From NCBI GenBank assembly GCA_030765455.1, contig JAVCCM010000101.1, positions 28,794 to 92,793 on the forward strand: 64,000 nucleotides of DNA, given 5' to 3'. This document shows, one piece after another, positions 60,259 to 64,000 of the stretch (position 1 is the first letter of the stretch; every line of letters begins with the position of its first letter). The notes beneath the pieces were generated by a model. It saw only the letters and a list, made by a program, of their open reading frames with translations. It was not told the DNA's origin and searched no databases. Source of the stretch: Candidatus Electryonea clarkiae (GTDB lineage Bacteria; Electryoneota; Electryoneia; Electryoneales; Electryoneaceae). Made by a program: the position numbers and the translations under genes.

Positions 60259-61083
60259 ATGGACAATTCAAACAAACATCTTGATGTTATCCACACGGTA
60301 AAAGCTCACCGCATTTCAACAACGGATCCTGTAGAACCTCCAGTTGATGAAGAGGTGAGTGTCATTGTCGAAACACCGCTGCATATTGATGTTGAGGGTA
60401 TCGAGACGTACACAATTTTGTGTACTCCAATGGATAAACTCGCTATGGCGGCAGGATTTCTTTTCTCTGAGGGTGTGATTACAAGCCTGGATGATTTGTC
60501 CTTGATCGAGGAATGCGAGGATGATCCTGATGTAGTACGTATTAAGCTAACCGCTGACATACCCCAAATCATGGATCCGGGGCGCAACTTGCTGATCACC
60601 TCTTCCTGCGGAGTCTGTGGAACCGAAGAGTTTTACAAAAAGCTGGATGCCCTGCCAAAAGTTGATGACTCGCTGCGCATTGAGAAAAAGATGCTGCGTT
60701 CAGCTATGCAGGATATTTCCGGGATACAACCTCTTTTTGATACCTGCGGCGGCACACATTTAGTTGCGATTCTTGACAGCGATGGGAAAATCATAGCCCA
60801 TGCTGAGGATACGGGAAGGCATAACGCACTTGACAAGGTAGTTGGTATGTGCCTGTTCGAGGGTGTGTCTTTTGTTGGCAATTGGGTTGTACTGTCCAGT
60901 CGAGTCAGCCTGGAGATGGTCAGTAAATGTGCAAGGGCGGGAATCGAGCTAATCTCCGCTATATCCGCACCTACTTCACTTGCTATTGAAATGGCGGAGC
61001 GTTGCGGAATCACGCTTTGTGCTTTCGTACGAAAAAACCGGGCGACCGTATTTACACATCCCGAACGCATTATTAAGAGTTGA
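60259..61083 (+). CDS. fdhD: Molybdenum cofactor sulfurtransferase FdhD
   Basis: GFLFSEG, SSCGVCG, GGTH, EDTGRHNALDK and SAPTSLA. Confidence 0.93.
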   Translation: MDNSNKHLDVIHTVKAHRISTTDPVEPPVDEEVSVIVETPLHIDVEGIETYTILCTPMDKLAMAAGFLFSEGVITSLDDLSLIEECEDDPDVVRIKLTADIPQIMDPGRNLLITSSCGVCGTEEFYKKLDALPKVDDSLRIEKKMLRSAMQDISGIQPLFDTCGGTHLVAILDSDGKIIAHAEDTGRHNALDKVVGMCLFEGVSFVGNWVVLSSRVSLEMVSKCARAGIELISAISAPTSLAIEMAERCGITLCAFVRKNRATVFTHPERIIKS

Positions 61084-61215
61084 CATATTAAGAAAGTACT
61101 GTATCCTATTCTGGATAAAGCTTAATAGAAACCTACCGATAAGTCAAAAACCTAAAGATTACAGGATACAAGGATATTTAGGATACACAGAATTTTTCTC
61201 TGTGCGCTTGAGGGG

Positions 61216-61296
61216 GTGCCCGGGACAGCTCGATGTCCCGGTTTATCAATATTTTCCGTATTGAATAGCCGGACAATATTTTCGAGAACCACTATA
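61216..61296. mobile_element. MITE/REP-like element family B (second copy)
   Basis: Reverse complement matches 53758-53839. Confidence 0.7.
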
Positions 61297-61299
61297 ACC

Positions 61300-61326
61300 A
61301 AAAAAAAGACCGGTTGCCCGGTCTTT
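61300..61326 (-). terminator. Rho-independent terminator
   Basis: Minus strand AAAGACCGG-GCAA-CCGGTCTTTTTTTT. Confidence 0.8.
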
Positions 61327-61373
61327 AAGGTGGTGATTATATCCGCAGATAATAAAGGGAATTAGCGCCCTGA

Positions 61374-61397
61374 TGTGGTGGTGTGGTGTGGTGTGGT
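61374..61397. repeat. Short (TGTGG)n / (CCACA)n pentamer run
   Basis: TGTGGTGGTGTGGTGTGGTGTGGT in the 3' region of the 121-aa gene. Confidence 0.7.
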
Positions 61398-61444
61398 ACT
61401 ATCTGCAATATGTCACCGATTTATGATAAATGGTAGAAATAGAA

Positions 61445-61810
61445 TCAATCCACTCGTTTCGATTTCTGCCTCTTTGAGATGCAACATCTCGCCCCGAACT
61501 TGGGATCGTAAAATATATGCGATGGCTGATCGATGATGAGTTTTACATCATTACCATTATTGTCAGCCTTAAAGTTCGGATCTGTTGCATCCGGTAATTC
61601 ATAAGGAATAAATCCAGTCTGGGACAGGAAATATCCTTGCAGAATTTCCGCTTTCTTTACGGGATTGAAATTATCTACCGGAATAGGCGGTTCGGAACTG
61701 ATTGTCGACAGGACCTTCCAGTCGATTTCACCTTTTCCAAACGAGGTGGAAACGAGCAGGAATGCTAAAGCAACAACCAGTAATACGTGTGTCTTTCTCT
61801 TGAACAACAT
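61445..61810 (-). CDS. Small secreted hypothetical protein (121 aa)
   Basis: AAAGGAGG RBS, signal peptide, sigma54 promoter upstream and terminator downstream. Confidence 0.75.
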   Translation of the reverse strand: MLFKRKTHVLLVVALAFLLVSTSFGKGEIDWKVLSTISSEPPIPVDNFNPVKKAEILQGYFLSQTGFIPYELPDATDPNFKADNNGNDVKLIIDQPSHIFYDPKFGARCCISKRQKSKRVD

Positions 61811-61865
61811 GATATCCTCCTTTTACCTGGGTCAAAATCTGTCCTGAACTTCTACGAAGGAAATA

Positions 61866-61881
61866 TGCAATGGGTGTGCCA
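61866..61881 (-). promoter_or_regulatory. Sigma54 (-24/-12) promoter
   Basis: Minus strand TGGCAC-ACCCA-TTGCA, an exact match to TGGCAC-N5-TTGC(A/T), about 55 nt upstream of the start codon. Confidence 0.75.
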
Positions 61882-62130
61882 GAAAGACAACTGATTAACA
61901 TGAGCTGACCATAAAGGGCTGTATTATAAAAGGATAGGCTTGGTTTGTGTGGCTGATAAGATATCAAAATTGCCGGTTTCGGTCTTATGAATCTGATATT
62001 ATTGCGACAATGCTACATGAATCGATAATACCGGTATTGATTCGCTACTCAGATAATATTTTATAATCCTGAATTGATATGAAGAACTGAGCCCGGCATT
62101 AACAAATCAGAAAAGCCATAGTTTCAATTA

Positions 62131-63630
62131 TCAAATCAATGCGCTTCCGCCAAAAAATTCACGAAGAATACTTGTACGGGGAACGTAATCGTCGGTCCAA
62201 TCCCTCGGAAGCTCCACGACAGCATCAAGCAAACTTTTCAAGCGGTTTGCTTCCGTTTTCAATTCAGGGTTATTAACTTCATCAAGCACTTCGCCGGCGA
62301 GTGGTTTCAACGCATTCAATTCATAGGGCAGCGCTGAATTGAACATCACATCTGCCTCTTCCTGGTGAGGGAAAATATGTGCTTTCTCGCCTCTGCGAAC
62401 TGAATCCCATCTTGAAAGAGTATCTTCCGCAGAATAACCTCGCGAAAAACGGTCACGAACGATCCGCCTGATAAGCCGGAGATCAGTTGTTGAGACGCGG
62501 CTTAGTTTATCGAGATTAAGATGATTCAAGGCTGAAACAAAAACTTTGAAAACACTTGGTGCTGTCAGATGAGGAGTAAGGGCTGGATTAAGTCCGTGCA
62601 TACCCTCAACTATCAGAATACCGTCCATGTCCAGTTTAAGCGGTGGTCCCTGTTCCCGCTTGTGAGTTTCGAAATTCAGGATCGGAGGATGAATTTCTTC
62701 CCCGGCAACCAGCCTTATCAGGTTTTCATTAAACAGTTCAACATCAATAGCGTCAAGTGTTTCATAATCCGGATCACCGGATTCATCGACGGGAATTATG
62801 TTGCGTGGCAGATAATAGTTATCAAGGCTCATTGTTTTAGGATGTAATCCAAGTACTCTTAGCTGCACTAATAACAGCTTTGAAAAGCTTGTCTTTCCCG
62901 AACTCGAAGGTCCGCTGATCAAGACTACTTTAGGACGGGGCTGCATAAGGGTGATTTGATCAGCAATCAGGGCGATTTTTCTTGCATGTAAAGCCTCAGC
63001 GACCTGGACAAACTCAAACATCTCACCGGATCTTATCACTCTATTAACATCGCTGATGTAGGAAGCGCCGTGTATCATCCCCCATCGTGATGCTTCGAAA
63101 AATGATCTGAATAATGTTGGTCTTTCACAAAACGGCGGCAATTGATCATGACTGAAAGGCGCCACCAACATCAGTATCCCTGGTGGATAAGGAATCAGAT
63201 CCCAGACTCCTGCATCCGAGGTGGTATCCGACAATTGACCTTTGAAGGCAAGGAGTCCATAGGTGCTTTCGTAGAAATATGGAAGACTGCCATCCATGTC
63301 ATGCACCCAGTTCCATGTGTCTTCTTTACCGGGTTGATCAAGCTTTTCAAGTGCTTCTTCTCGAGATAAATGAGCTTGCTTCAATGCGCGGTTTTCATCA
63401 ACTTTTCGGAGCATTACCTGTTTAATTTTCTCAACTTCGGCTGGGAGGATAGCATGATGATTTTTAAACTGGTAGAAAAAGGCATCCCCTATTCGGTACA
63501 AAACGGACGCAAATCCTGAACCGAATGTTTCTCGATACGCCTCGTAGAGAAGAAAAGTTCTCGTTCGCTGCCGACGTCGTTCTTCCTTTAATAATATAAA
63601 ATCAGAATCTGGTTGTATATTTTCGCTCAT
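62131..63630 (-). CDS. Nucleoside kinase (ThrRS-N-like domain fused to uridine kinase/PRK domain)
   Basis: SGPSSSGKTS, SLDNYY, EGMHGLNP, DLRLIRRIVRD and IFPHQEEADVMFNS. Confidence 0.88.
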   Translation of the reverse strand: MSENIQPDSDFILLKEERRRQRTRTFLLYEAYRETFGSGFASVLYRIGDAFFYQFKNHHAILPAEVEKIKQVMLRKVDENRALKQAHLSREEALEKLDQPGKEDTWNWVHDMDGSLPYFYESTYGLLAFKGQLSDTTSDAGVWDLIPYPPGILMLVAPFSHDQLPPFCERPTLFRSFFEASRWGMIHGASYISDVNRVIRSGEMFEFVQVAEALHARKIALIADQITLMQPRPKVVLISGPSSSGKTSFSKLLLVQLRVLGLHPKTMSLDNYYLPRNIIPVDESGDPDYETLDAIDVELFNENLIRLVAGEEIHPPILNFETHKREQGPPLKLDMDGILIVEGMHGLNPALTPHLTAPSVFKVFVSALNHLNLDKLSRVSTTDLRLIRRIVRDRFSRGYSAEDTLSRWDSVRRGEKAHIFPHQEEADVMFNSALPYELNALKPLAGEVLDEVNNPELKTEANRLKSLLDAVVELPRDWTDDYVPRTSILREFFGGSALI

Positions 63631-63849
63631 TTAACAATGCTTTCAGGATAAGAAAAGTAAGCCTCTCTCATCTGTATTTGGTTAAGGATTATTAGTCACA
63701 CTATAAAACTGTTCTTATTATGATAGATTGGAGTATCTATTTGTAGTCTTTAGTCTCGCCGTCTGGTTTCCTCGATATTCACGACCCGTTGGAATTAGTC
63801 TGCTGATAATTCTTTGAGTCAATCAATAGCAAATCCGGAATATTAGCTG

Positions 63850-64000
63850 TTACCGGTCTTTCCACTTTGGACTTCTACCTTCAAGAATTGCTTTGATTCC
63901 TTCACGAGCATCATGGCTGGTCAGCAATTCACTCATATAGATATTTTCCGTGGTACGGATAGCGACAAGCACTTTTTCGTAAAGCGCCGATTCGATTGCT
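63850..64000 (-). CDS. C-terminal fragment of an enoyl-CoA hydratase/isomerase (crotonase), runs off the window
   Basis: Manual translation ...ENIYMSELLTSHDAREGIKAILEGRSPKWKDR* matches the crotonase C-terminal D..EG..AF.EKR.P.W pattern. Confidence 0.75.
   Translation of the reverse strand, partial: AIESALYEKVLVAIRTTENIYMSELLTSHDAREGIKAILEGRSPKWKDR

Overview
A 64-kb window of a diderm bacterial chromosome. It is probably FCB-superphylum, inferred from PorU/PorV, T9SS-type C-terminal sorting domains and a TonB receptor. Housekeeping blocks are ALDH, dapA-dapB, glnB-glnA, ychF, rfaE2-ffh-rpsP-rimM-trmD-rplS, pfkA and fbaA. Accessory modules are: an RqlH/RqlI-like RecQ-PRTase plus DprA pair; a frameshifted integrase relic; an AT-rich MjaI-type R-M island whose methyltransferase carries a degenerate SNase domain; a TPP-riboswitch-controlled TonB receptor; a Y-family polymerase plus small ImuB-C-like gene behind a sigma70 promoter with a candidate SOS box; a PorU-PorV / pseudo-M6 / Omp85-peptidase envelope cluster; a PadBCD-like molybdoenzyme operon with FdhD; and a sigma54-driven small secreted protein. 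Intergenic DNA holds many palindromic REP/MITE-like elements. The most striking are a 141-bp TA-flanked MITE inserted in frame into a signal peptide and a 10-unit alternating 24/25-bp tandem array grown from the end of a palindromic element. No tRNA, rRNA or CRISPR array was recognised. All family assignments come from motif recognition by eye, with no database search.
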